Assembly (NCBI GenBank): GCA_041690135.1 | Contig: JAWLHY010000010.1 | Location: forward strand, 256,001-320,000 | Origin: Armatimonadota bacterium | GTDB lineage: Bacteria; Armatimonadota; SYMT01 | Direction: 5' to 3' | DNA length: 64,000 nt | Shown: positions 1-8,397 of the stretch, one piece after another | Numbering within the stretch: position 1 is the stretch's first letter | Layout of the letters: every line of letters starts with the position of its first letter | Made by a program: the position numbers and the translations under genes | The notes under the pieces: model-generated | Told to the model about the DNA's origin: nothing | What the model saw: only the letters and a program-made list of their open reading frames with translations | Database searches by the model: none

Positions 1-503
1 AATTTGTACAGCATCGCCTCTTCGGTGGTGACCGCGGCGCTGTAGAGGATCAGGAACAGGGGGATGTTGATGAACGCGCTCTGCCAGAGACCGGTCATAA
101 AGCAAAGCGCCACCGCATGGACGAAACTGCCCACGTAGAGGGGATGGCGAACGAAGGCATAGGGCCCGGCGGTGGTCAACTCTTCCGTCTTGTGGATGGT
201 TCCGGCCGCCCAGATGCGAATGACCTCCGCCAGAAGGGACAGGGCGATGCCGACCCCCAGCGTCCATGGACGAGGCTGCGCCCAGGGAACCATACAGAGA
301 ATGCCGAGGAGGACGATAAACGTCCGCCGCCGGAACAGGAACGCCACTACCGGATGGGGAGTAACGATCTCATCGAACTTGGAAAGGTTGCCGTCCGCAT
401 TCCGAAGTGGGATGGAGGGGGTGCACGGCTCGTCGTCTTTTACGGCTGCTTCGCGTTCCACTACGGCTGTCCCTGCGCTGCTCGGCGAGTCGATCTTCGG
501 CAC
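1..503 (-). CDS. Isoprenylcysteine carboxyl methyltransferase (ICMT/PEMT) family membrane methyltransferase, 3' end outside window
   Basis: Not in ORF track. My translation from GTG at 503 (SD GAGGGAG) gives hydrophobic segments and IRIWAAGTIHKTEELTTAGPYAFVRHPLYVGS...EEAML, the ICMT-family signature. Confidence 0.85.
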   Translation of the reverse strand, partial: MPKIDSPSSAGTAVVEREAAVKDDEPCTPSIPLRNADGNLSKFDEIVTPHPVVAFLFRRRTFIVLLGILCMVPWAQPRPWTLGVGIALSLLAEVIRIWAAGTIHKTEELTTAGPYAFVRHPLYVGSFVHAVALCFMTGLWQSAFINIPLFLILYSAAVTTEEAMLYK

Positions 504-663
504 TAGAGTAGTACTCCCTCTGAACACCAGCTCCGGACGAGGTCCTGCAATCCCCTTCACCCGGGCCGGCGCGAAACCTGCCGGGCGTCCTCAATATCCC
601 ACCCTTAGCTAACGAGAGATAGGGCGTCTTGAGTTCACCTGATGGCAGGTCGGGCTTCCAGGG

Positions 664-1470
664 CTACTCTCGCGGACGCGGACGGTTCGGATCGTTCTGG
701 CGTCCCGCGTAGCCTCGCCGGATCTTGGTCAGGAATTCCAGCAGGTAATCCCGCTCGTCGCTGGGATCGACTTCGTTATAAACGGACTCGATCCCCTGGG
801 AGAGATTCAGGTTGCTCCGGTAGATCAGGCGAAACGCCTGTTTCAGGCCGGAACGCACCTTGGGGGGTATCCCGGCCCGCCGGAGCCCCAGGACGTTCAA
901 GCCTACCACTTCCGTAGGTCGGCCGTCTACCATCGTGAACGGAGGCACATCGGTGACCACTTTCGACATGCCGCCGATCATGGCAAGGCGCCCGATGCGG
1001 ACGAACTGGTGGAGACCAACGATTCCACCGAACACGACGCGATCTTCGACCACGCAGTGTCCGCTGATGCCCACCTGGTTAGCCATGATGATCCCGTTGC
1101 CCATTTCGGTATTGTGACCGATATGGCAGTAGGCCATGATCATGTTCCCGTCGCCGATCCGGGTCGCCTGTTCTTCGCCCGTGGCCCGGTGGATCGTGAC
1201 GAATTCCCGGATGACATTCCGGTTTCCGATGACCAGGTAAGTCCGCTCGCCTTTGTACTTGTGATCCTGCGGCGGCCCGCCCAGTACGGCGCCCTGGCGG
1301 ACCTGGCATTCCTCACCAATGGTGGTGTGCGGCTCAATGACCACGTGGGACTCCAGGGAAGTCCCACGACCGATGGAAACGTTGTTACCGATAACACAGT
1401 AGGGCCCGACGGTGACGTCAGGCGCCAACTCCGCCGTCGAATCAACGACGGCGGTAGGGTGGATCCTCAT
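664..1470 (-). CDS. lpxA: Acyl-ACP--UDP-N-acetylglucosamine O-acyltransferase
   Basis: IHPTAVV start, hexapeptide repeats, PQDHKYKGE, IREFVTIHRAT, HIGHN, HQFVRIG; follows fabZ. Confidence 0.97.
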   Translation of the reverse strand: MRIHPTAVVDSTAELAPDVTVGPYCVIGNNVSIGRGTSLESHVVIEPHTTIGEECQVRQGAVLGGPPQDHKYKGERTYLVIGNRNVIREFVTIHRATGEEQATRIGDGNMIMAYCHIGHNTEMGNGIIMANQVGISGHCVVEDRVVFGGIVGLHQFVRIGRLAMIGGMSKVVTDVPPFTMVDGRPTEVVGLNVLGLRRAGIPPKVRSGLKQAFRLIYRSNLNLSQGIESVYNEVDPSDERDYLLEFLTKIRRGYAGRQNDPNRPRPRE

Positions 1471-1554
1471 CTCAGCACCTCAGCTTCCCGCGACGCCAAT
1501 CAGCATCCCGGGAAGGGACTCGCGCGAGCGGTCTCCCGTCGTTAAACGAGGGGA

Positions 1555-1992
1555 CTACCGCTCGCGGGCTGTGACTGCATAGCGCAGTTCCGCTTCCGCG
1601 ACGACCTCTCCGTCGACCAGCGACTTACACTCAATCCGACCAAAACCGCGCCGGTGCCAGATCAATCGCACTTCGTTGACGAGTTGATCGCCCGGCACCA
1701 CGGGCTTCTTGAAACGCACCTTTTCTGCGCCCGCCAGGAAAACGAGGTTGTCCTCGTGCCCATCCATACTCAGAAGGATGATGGCCCCCGTTTGCGCGAG
1801 CGACTCGAGGATGAGCACGCCCGGCATGGTGGGCTGGCCGGGGAAATGGCCCGGGAAGAACGGTTCGTTGACCGTTACGTTCTTGATCGCCTTGCAGAAT
1901 TCCCCGGGGACCAGTTCCAGTACGCGGTCCAGGAGAAGGAAGGGGTAGCGATGGGGAAGGAGTTCGCTAATCTCCCGAATGCTCAGCGCCAT
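1555..1992 (-). CDS. fabZ: 3-hydroxyacyl-ACP dehydratase
   Basis: LPHRYPFLLLDRV, NEPFFPGHFP, MPGVLILESLAQ, FKKPVVPGDQL. Confidence 0.97.
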   Translation of the reverse strand: MALSIREISELLPHRYPFLLLDRVLELVPGEFCKAIKNVTVNEPFFPGHFPGQPTMPGVLILESLAQTGAIILLSMDGHEDNLVFLAGAEKVRFKKPVVPGDQLVNEVRLIWHRRGFGRIECKSLVDGEVVAEAELRYAVTARER

Positions 1993-2944
1993 GGGCCATT
2001 CTCCGAATCTGTTTGGCTACCTGGACATGCAGGGAGTGCCCGGCCTTAATGGCCACCACACAGGCGTGGAGGCGGCCACCGACCAGGGCCATATCGCCCA
2101 ACAAGTCGAGAGTCTTATGTCGCGCAAGCTCATCTACGAACCGCATGGGCGTGCTGGGCCCGGAGTCCGAGAGGACGAGCGTGTTATCGAGGCTTCCACC
2201 CGCCCCAAGGCCGGCGGCACGCAGGGGGGCGATCCAATCCTCAAAACAGAAGGTACGGGCGGGCGCCAGTTGCTCCAGGAAGAAACTCAGCGGCGTTCCG
2301 CCTTCCAGCGCCGGCTGCTTGAGCGGGGGTAGCAACGCCGCCACCAGTCCGGAAGCGGCCCCCACCAGTTCCAACGCTTCGATCGAACGCTGCGGGCCCT
2401 CCGTGGAGTAGGAGAAACTCTGCGGGCCGGCAAAGGGTCGGCCGAAGTCCACCGCCCCGATGGCCGTGAAACAATCCATGGGAGCGGCGAGGACGTGGCG
2501 TTCGCCATCCTGCGCCCACACGACGTTCTTCAGCCACACCTCATGGGGGCGAGCATCTTGCTGACGCACTCCCGCGGCGAGCAGCCCTTCCGCGAACGGA
2601 AGCGCGCTGCCGTCCATGGCGGGCAGTTCGGGGCCTTCGATCTGGATCTCGGCATTGTCGATCCCCAGCGCGTACATGGCCGCGAGGAGATGTTCCACCG
2701 TGTAGATCACGGTGTCGCCGGAAACCAACGCACTGCAGCGCGTCGTCTCACCAATATATTCGGCAAGCGCCGGAATGCGTCTCCCCTCCGAGACAAACAC
2801 GCGACCGTGATCCGCGGGCGCGGGGCATACGGTAATCCGGCTGGGGCGGCCGGTGTGCAGACCGATACCAGTGAATACAGCTTCCGTGTGGAGGGTCTGT
2901 TGCTGGGGCGGGAGAAGCTCCGCGCCGGGGAAGGGCACGGCCAT
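1967..2944 (-). CDS. lpxC: UDP-3-O-acyl-GlcNAc deacetylase
   Basis: GIGLHTG, TVEHLLAA, ELPAMDGSA, APARTF, RHKTLDLLGD, AGHSLH. Confidence 0.95.
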   Translation of the reverse strand: MAVPFPGAELLPPQQQTLHTEAVFTGIGLHTGRPSRITVCPAPADHGRVFVSEGRRIPALAEYIGETTRCSALVSGDTVIYTVEHLLAAMYALGIDNAEIQIEGPELPAMDGSALPFAEGLLAAGVRQQDARPHEVWLKNVVWAQDGERHVLAAPMDCFTAIGAVDFGRPFAGPQSFSYSTEGPQRSIEALELVGAASGLVAALLPPLKQPALEGGTPLSFFLEQLAPARTFCFEDWIAPLRAAGLGAGGSLDNTLVLSDSGPSTPMRFVDELARHKTLDLLGDMALVGGRLHACVVAIKAGHSLHVQVAKQIRRMAHGAEHSGD

Positions 2945-3340
2945 GTCGATGTTCGTTTACTCCTGGCAAATTGGGCGAGCGCCCTGCTGGTCCGCAGCTA
3001 ATTATGGAGGACTGACTGAGGAGACCGGATAGCTCCGTGCTACGGCGATGGTACACCGCGACGACTTGCCCCCGGCGACAAGCTCCCACAACTCCTTGTC
3101 GGCCGGGGTGCCGGTAACGGAACAGGCAAATGCCTCCGGAAGTGTATCGCAGGCAATTCGCAATCGATAAAGAGAAGGTACTGAATTCCGACCCAAGGGG
3201 GACCTTTCCGGTTCCGCGCCGCTTGCAGGACGGCGCAATTTCGCCACCCATGGCCTGTGCGAGTATAATTGGCCGGCGGGAATCAAGAGGTCCGTGCAGG
3301 AGGGACCCGATGATACATCGTACCCGACCCACTGCTCAAG

Positions 3341-4201
3341 ATGAGAACCACCCCCAAGAAGAAGTTCAAAAAACGCGGACACCCACCCCTGGAACGGCTA
3401 TCCTGGAGTCTTGCGAGCCTCAACCCGGCCGGAAAAGCGGCCTGGCTGGAGCGCCGGCTGCAGGTGGACCCGAACTACGGCTGGCTCTTTGTCCTGGGCG
3501 TGAATAACTCCGGAACAACCCTGGTCAAGCGGCTACTGCAGGACCATCCGGAAATGCGCCCTCTCCCCCGCGAGGGACAGGAACTCTCCCATGCGCTCCC
3601 TCGCGGCACGGATTTCCGGATTCCGCGGGCCTGGGGCCTGCTTGCGGACAAGTTTCACTGGACGGAGGAGCACGACCCGGAACCCAGCTTCCGCGTCAAG
3701 TTCGACTGGGCCCCTTATTTCCCCGCCCGTCCCGGCTATCTTCTGGACAAGAGCCCCACCAATACGATGCGCTCTCGGTGGCTGCAGCAGAATTTCCGCC
3801 CCGCGCGATTTCTCGCCATCGTACGGCACCCTTACCCCATCTGCGAAGGAATCCGGAGACGCAACGGCCGGGATCTGGAATCGGCGGCGCGCCACTGGAC
3901 CACGGCCATGGAAACGATGTTCGCCGATATCGAGCATCTCGAGAAGTGCCTCTGGTTCCGCTATGAGGACCTGACCAGCGAGCCGGAGAAGACCGTCGAG
4001 CGGATTGAAGCGTTCCTGGAAGTGAAGAATCGCCTCGATCGCTCCGTGCTGACCAACATCAAGGTGCACAGCATCGAAGGCGTCACGACCGGGGTGAAGA
4101 GCCTCAACGAAAAGAGCCTCGCCAACCTCACCGAGGAAGACCGGCGCATCATCCGCGCGCAGGCTCTCCCGATGATGGAGCGACTGGGATACGAAGGCTA
4201 G
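3341..4201 (+). CDS. Sulfotransferase family protein
   Basis: FVLGVNNSGTT (5'-PSB-like), DKSPTN, IVRHP (3'-PB), RYEDL, MERLGY; TATAAT at 3264-3269 upstream. Confidence 0.85.
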   Translation: MRTTPKKKFKKRGHPPLERLSWSLASLNPAGKAAWLERRLQVDPNYGWLFVLGVNNSGTTLVKRLLQDHPEMRPLPREGQELSHALPRGTDFRIPRAWGLLADKFHWTEEHDPEPSFRVKFDWAPYFPARPGYLLDKSPTNTMRSRWLQQNFRPARFLAIVRHPYPICEGIRRRNGRDLESAARHWTTAMETMFADIEHLEKCLWFRYEDLTSEPEKTVERIEAFLEVKNRLDRSVLTNIKVHSIEGVTTGVKSLNEKSLANLTEEDRRIIRAQALPMMERLGYEG

Positions 4202-4252
4202 CCGTACGGCTTCCTCCCAAGCCCAGCGCCAATCAGAATGGACGACTTGAAG

Positions 4253-4295
4253 AAAGGGGGAATCGGAACCGATGTGGTTCGGAGATCCCCCCTTT
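4253..4295. terminator. Imperfect hairpin between convergent genes, probable bidirectional terminator
   Basis: AAAGGGGG..ATC.GAACC / GGTTC..GATCCCCCCTTT, followed by TCCCCCNNT 9-mers. Confidence 0.5.
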
Positions 4296-4326
4296 CCCCC
4301 AATTCCCCCCTTACCATTCCCGAAGC

Positions 4327-5169
4327 TTAATCACCCGCTTGCGCCGTCCAGGAGCGGTACGTGGAAAGTACAACTCCTCTCCGGTCCAGGGCTCGCCGCA
4401 CCTCGCCGGACTGCAGCGCCGCGTATTCACGCCGCCCGGATTCCGTACCCAGGTCGGGATGGCAGTGGAGTTCCAGGTCACCGTCCGGAAGTTCCTCGAT
4501 GAGGCGGACCAGGTACGGGACGTCGAGACGGCCCGACCGGAAGAAGCCGTAACAGCGGCGGGGAGAGTGTAGCCCCGCCGCCGCAACCCGCTCCCGCTGT
4601 CCCGCGCACAAGTGGCGGAAGGCTACCGCCATTCCCCACTGCCGCCGAGCATCCTCCGGGTCGAGCCGGCGATACAACGCGTAGTCATCCTCCGGCACAC
4701 GGAAGCCCACGGCTCGATGCTCCCGTGCCAGGCGCAGGGCGAGGTCGAAGATGGACGGCGTAAGGCCCATGTGGACGTGCGTGTCCACGTGGGATAACGG
4801 CTGGCCGGTCCCGGTGAACGCCTTGAATTGCGCCCTCGCTTCCCGCTGCAGATCGTTGCGGACGACCGGACGGCAGCTATAGCGGATTCCGGCGCGGATC
4901 GGATCCCTCGGAAACCAACCCCGCCGGTCCACCAACCGGGGTATCTCCTCACGGGGCAAGACCGCGGGTGCGGCGAGGAAAGTCAAGTGCAGGCCCACGG
5001 CGAGATCCGGCAAGCTCGCCAGGCGTTCCACCGCTTCCGCCGCCGCGGGCGCTCCCACCATCAAGCTCGTGCTGGTGATCGCGCCTTCCGCGGCGAGCCG
5101 GGCTACCGCCTCGTTGACGCTCTCGGACCAACCAAAATCGTCCGCGTTGATGATGAGACGGCAGGCCAT
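4327..5169 (-). CDS. ChbG/HpnK (YdjC) family deacetylase
   Basis: LIINADDFG, TSTSLMV, VGLHL, SHVDTHVH, ELHCHP; start set at MACRL (5169). Confidence 0.9.
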   Translation of the reverse strand: MACRLIINADDFGWSESVNEAVARLAAEGAITSTSLMVGAPAAAEAVERLASLPDLAVGLHLTFLAAPAVLPREEIPRLVDRRGWFPRDPIRAGIRYSCRPVVRNDLQREARAQFKAFTGTGQPLSHVDTHVHMGLTPSIFDLALRLAREHRAVGFRVPEDDYALYRRLDPEDARRQWGMAVAFRHLCAGQRERVAAAGLHSPRRCYGFFRSGRLDVPYLVRLIEELPDGDLELHCHPDLGTESGRREYAALQSGEVRRALDRRGVVLSTYRSWTAQAGD

Positions 5170-5172
5170 GCG

Positions 5173-5220
5173 GATACGGTTACGGACAGAGATAAAGATA
5201 AGGAAAAGGATAAGGAGAAG
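5173..5220. repeat. Degenerate 6-nt tandem repeat, 8 units
   Basis: gatacg gttacg gacaga gataaa gataag gaaaag gataag gagaag. Confidence 0.8.
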
Positions 5221-5432
5221 CCCGATACTGGTTGTACACGGCACAGCAGGACCAGGTTTCTCGTGCCGGCACGGAGGGTGGGGACGCGTACTGCCGGGTT
5301 TTACGGTTCGGTTGGCGTCTCGTCCTACGGCCGAAGAGATGCGTGTAAAAAAGCCGGATAAATCAGAGGTTTATCCCCCATGGGGGGGTGGTAATTCATA
5401 GACGTGTTCCAAATCCTAACTCCCTACCGGTG

Positions 5433-5467
5433 GCCTGCCAGCCTCGCGCTTCGGCAGGCTTTTTTTT
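5433..5467 (+). terminator. Intrinsic terminator on + strand
   Basis: GCCTGCC-13nt-GGCAGGC followed by 8 T. Confidence 0.7.
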
Positions 5468-5489
5468 GCCTGGCCAGTTAACCGGCCGG

Positions 5490-6476
5490 TTAACGGTAGC
5501 CTTCCGGATGAGAGCGGAACCAGTTCCACGCGTGCCCCATGATATCGCGGAGTTCCGGATAACGGGGTTCCCACCCTAATTCGCGGCGAAGTTTTTCGCT
5601 GCTGGCCACCAGCCGGGCCGGATCTCCCGCGCGCCGCGGTTGTACTTCGGCCGGAATGGCGTGGCCCGTGACCTCGCGCGCGACGTCGATCACCTCTTTT
5701 ACCGAGAAGCCGTTGCCGTTGCCGACGTTGTAAGCCTCGAACTCTTTGCCCTGCTCCAGGGCTTTAAGTGCTAGCACGTGAGCGCTGGCAAGATCGCAGA
5801 CGTGGATGTAATCCCGGATGCAGGTACCGTCTGGCGTATCGTAGTCGTCGCCGAAGATCAGGATCTTTTCCCGTTTGCCGAGCGGGACCTGCAGAATCAG
5901 GGGAATGAGATGCGTCTCGGGGCGATGGTCTTCCCCAATTTCCCCCGACGGATCGGCGCCACAGGCGTTGAAGTACCGCAGGATCACCGCGCGCATGCCG
6001 TGAGCCCGGTGAAACCAGTCGAGCATCTCTTCCACCATCAATTTCGAAAGACCATAAGCATTGGTGGGCTGCTTACGCGCCGTCTCCACGATCGGAATCT
6101 GCTCCGGTTCCCCGTAGACCGCCGCCGTGGAGGAAAAGACGATCTGCCGAACGTTATTCCGTGCCATTGCCTGAAGCAGGCTCAGGGTGCCGCAGGTGTT
6201 GTTCTGAAAGTACTTGCCCGGGTTCTGGACCGACTCCCCGGCCTCGATGTAGGCGGCGAAGTGGACCACGGCCTGCACGTCGAATTCCTGAAACACGCGG
6301 TCCAACTTGAGGCCGTCGTGCAGATCCCCGACAATCGTCCGGTAGTTGGCGACGGCGGGGGCATGACCCTTTTCCAGGTTGTCGTAGACCAGGGTTTCGA
6401 ACCCAGCCGCGGAAATCTGCCGCAGGGTGTGGCTGCCGATATAGCCGGCGCCACCGGTAACAAGGACGGATGCCAT
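5490..6476 (-). CDS. galE: UDP-glucose 4-epimerase
   Basis: VTGGAGYIGSH, HFAA, FSSTAAVYG, YGLSK, LRYFNACGA, DGTCIRDYIHV. Confidence 0.96.
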   Translation of the reverse strand: MASVLVTGGAGYIGSHTLRQISAAGFETLVYDNLEKGHAPAVANYRTIVGDLHDGLKLDRVFQEFDVQAVVHFAAYIEAGESVQNPGKYFQNNTCGTLSLLQAMARNNVRQIVFSSTAAVYGEPEQIPIVETARKQPTNAYGLSKLMVEEMLDWFHRAHGMRAVILRYFNACGADPSGEIGEDHRPETHLIPLILQVPLGKREKILIFGDDYDTPDGTCIRDYIHVCDLASAHVLALKALEQGKEFEAYNVGNGNGFSVKEVIDVAREVTGHAIPAEVQPRRAGDPARLVASSEKLRRELGWEPRYPELRDIMGHAWNWFRSHPEGYR

Positions 6477-6492
6477 TGATATTCTCCAGGTG

Positions 6493-6711
6493 CGAGGTCC
6501 GAAGTGCGTGATGCGTGATGTGTAAAACGTGAAACGTGAGGCTTATGTGCGAGGCGGCTGCGGGGGCAGAGATTTTGCCTCGGACATGGGTTTCGTAGTG
6601 CGTATTACGTAACGCGTAAGGTTACGTGCGGAGTGGGTGCGATGGCATGGGTTCTACCTCGGGCTCGTTGGTGTTGTGTGCTTCGTAACGCGTGAGACGT
6701 GATGCGTGCGA
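6493..6711. repeat. Three runs of degenerate CGTNNNN heptamers
   Basis: 6493-6541 (7 units), 6594-6621 (4 units), 6684-6711 (4 units). Confidence 0.85.
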
Positions 6712-6864
6712 TCGGGAAACCTAGTGACGTACGGCTTACGCGGAAAGCGAATGTGCTTCGCGTGGGACAGCGGTGAGCCGAACAAGCAGGAAGTGGGTTG
6801 GCTCCTGCTTCGGCAGGCTGGGCCACTGCACCACCAAATGAGGATGCCTACAACCGGGGGAGCC

Positions 6865-7794
6865 TCAAACCCCCGGTGCTACACCGACGCGCGGCAAGAG
6901 AGCATCCACGTCTTGTCGCCGGATCTCGGCCGTCCCTCGCGTGGTCACGATGGCGGCAGAGACGGCGATGGCGTGGCGCAAAGTCTCAGCTTCGTCCCAG
7001 CCGCGCGCCAATCCGAGGGCCAGGCACGCGGTCATCCCGTCTCCCGCCCCCGCAGGGTTGACCACGGGCACGTCCAGGCCCTCGGCCCGCCACACCCCGG
7101 CTCCGGAGACCAGTACCGCCCCTTCCGCTCCCAGGGACACGAGCACACGGTCAGCTCCCCGGTGTTGCAGCCGGCGGGCCGCGGCAACGATTTCTTCCCA
7201 AGAGTCCAACGGACCGGAAACCGACTCCAGTTCGTCCCGGTTCGGTTTGATGGCGGCCACGCCACATCCGACCGCTGCTTCAAGGGCCGGACCACTCGCG
7301 TCCACTACCACGGGCCGGCCACCGTTCCGGGCGGCGCTCACCAGTTGCGCGTATGCATCCGGCGGCCAGCTTTCCGGCAGGCTCCCGGCGATCACCACCA
7401 CCTCGGCCACACGCGCATAGCGCTCGATCCACTCCAGAAGACCGGGTAAGGTGTCGGCGGTGGGACGGAGACCTGCGGCGCAGACGGTGGTGTGTCCTCC
7501 GGTCTCCGTTTCGATCACCACCGTGTTGAAGCGTGTTTCGCCGGGGCACCAGACAAAGTCCGGCACCACGCCCGCACCGCGCAGGATCGCCTCCATCCGC
7601 CGACCGGTCTCCCCGGCGGCCACCCCGGTGGCGAACGTTTCCACCCCCAACTCCCGCAGGATGAGGGAGACATCGCACCCTTTGCCGCCCATCGAATCGA
7701 CCACGTCCGTCGCCTGGTTCCGGCGGTTGCGCTCGAACGAGGAGAGGAACAACACCCGGTCGAGACCCGTGTTGGGCGTCACCGTGAGGATCAC
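6865..7794 (-). CDS. 1-phosphofructokinase/tagatose-6-phosphate kinase-like PfkB sugar kinase
   Basis: ILTVTPNTGLD, GGKG, GETR, KPNRDEL, VSLGAEGA, GAGD. Confidence 0.9.
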   Translation of the reverse strand: MILTVTPNTGLDRVLFLSSFERNRRNQATDVVDSMGGKGCDVSLILRELGVETFATGVAAGETGRRMEAILRGAGVVPDFVWCPGETRFNTVVIETETGGHTTVCAAGLRPTADTLPGLLEWIERYARVAEVVVIAGSLPESWPPDAYAQLVSAARNGGRPVVVDASGPALEAAVGCGVAAIKPNRDELESVSGPLDSWEEIVAAARRLQHRGADRVLVSLGAEGAVLVSGAGVWRAEGLDVPVVNPAGAGDGMTACLALGLARGWDEAETLRHAIAVSAAIVTTRGTAEIRRQDVDALLPRVGVAPGV

Positions 7795-7800
7795 GAGCGG

Positions 7801-8397
7801 CTACTTCAACAGACGCGCCATCATGCAGATGTACGCGTTCCGGTCGATCCGTTCCAGGGCGTCGAAGGTGATGTTCAGGTCCGTCCCGACCACGAAGATC
7901 CCGTGCCGGGGGATGAGTGTGGCGATCGGGTGGTTGGGGATCAGGTGCTCCTGTGGACGGAGCGCCTCCACGACGTTCACCGCCAACTCCGGGGTGTGAG
8001 TCGCGGCCCACTTGCAGAACCCGATTTCTCCGAACTTATCCGTCTGCTCGCTCATCGGGGGGATGGGGATCTGCTGGGACACGAACGGCATGATGTTCAG
8101 CGAGTGGGCGTGAAACACGCACCCTGCCTTTGGAAAGGCGTGATAGCAGGCCATGTGGACCGCCCCTTCTCGCGAGAACTCCCCTTCCCCTTCCAGCACG
8201 TTGCCGTCCAGGTCGAGCAGCAGCACGTCTTCCGGGCGGAGATCCCACTGGTGACGGCCTCCCGCGTAGCTGCGGCTCATGTAGACGCGGTCGCCAAAAC
8301 GGGTGGTGACATTCCCTCCGGCGGCGTCCAGCAGCTTCCGGTCGAAGGCGAGCTTGGCGATGCGCGCGAGGTGCGTTCTGGGATCTTCGACGATCAA
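7801..8397 (-). CDS. Class II aldolase/adducin family protein
   Basis: GGNVT, SREGAVH, VFHAHS, RHG metal ligands; TTG start overlaps upstream stop. Confidence 0.9.
   Translation of the reverse strand: MIVEDPRTHLARIAKLAFDRKLLDAAGGNVTTRFGDRVYMSRSYAGGRHQWDLRPEDVLLLDLDGNVLEGEGEFSREGAVHMACYHAFPKAGCVFHAHSLNIMPFVSQQIPIPPMSEQTDKFGEIGFCKWAATHTPELAVNVVEALRPQEHLIPNHPIATLIPRHGIFVVGTDLNITFDALERIDRNAYICMMARLLK

Noticed and set aside
6493-6711. CRISPR array
   Set aside because: Repeat unit is 7 nt and degenerate, with no constant repeat/spacer pattern and no cas genes.
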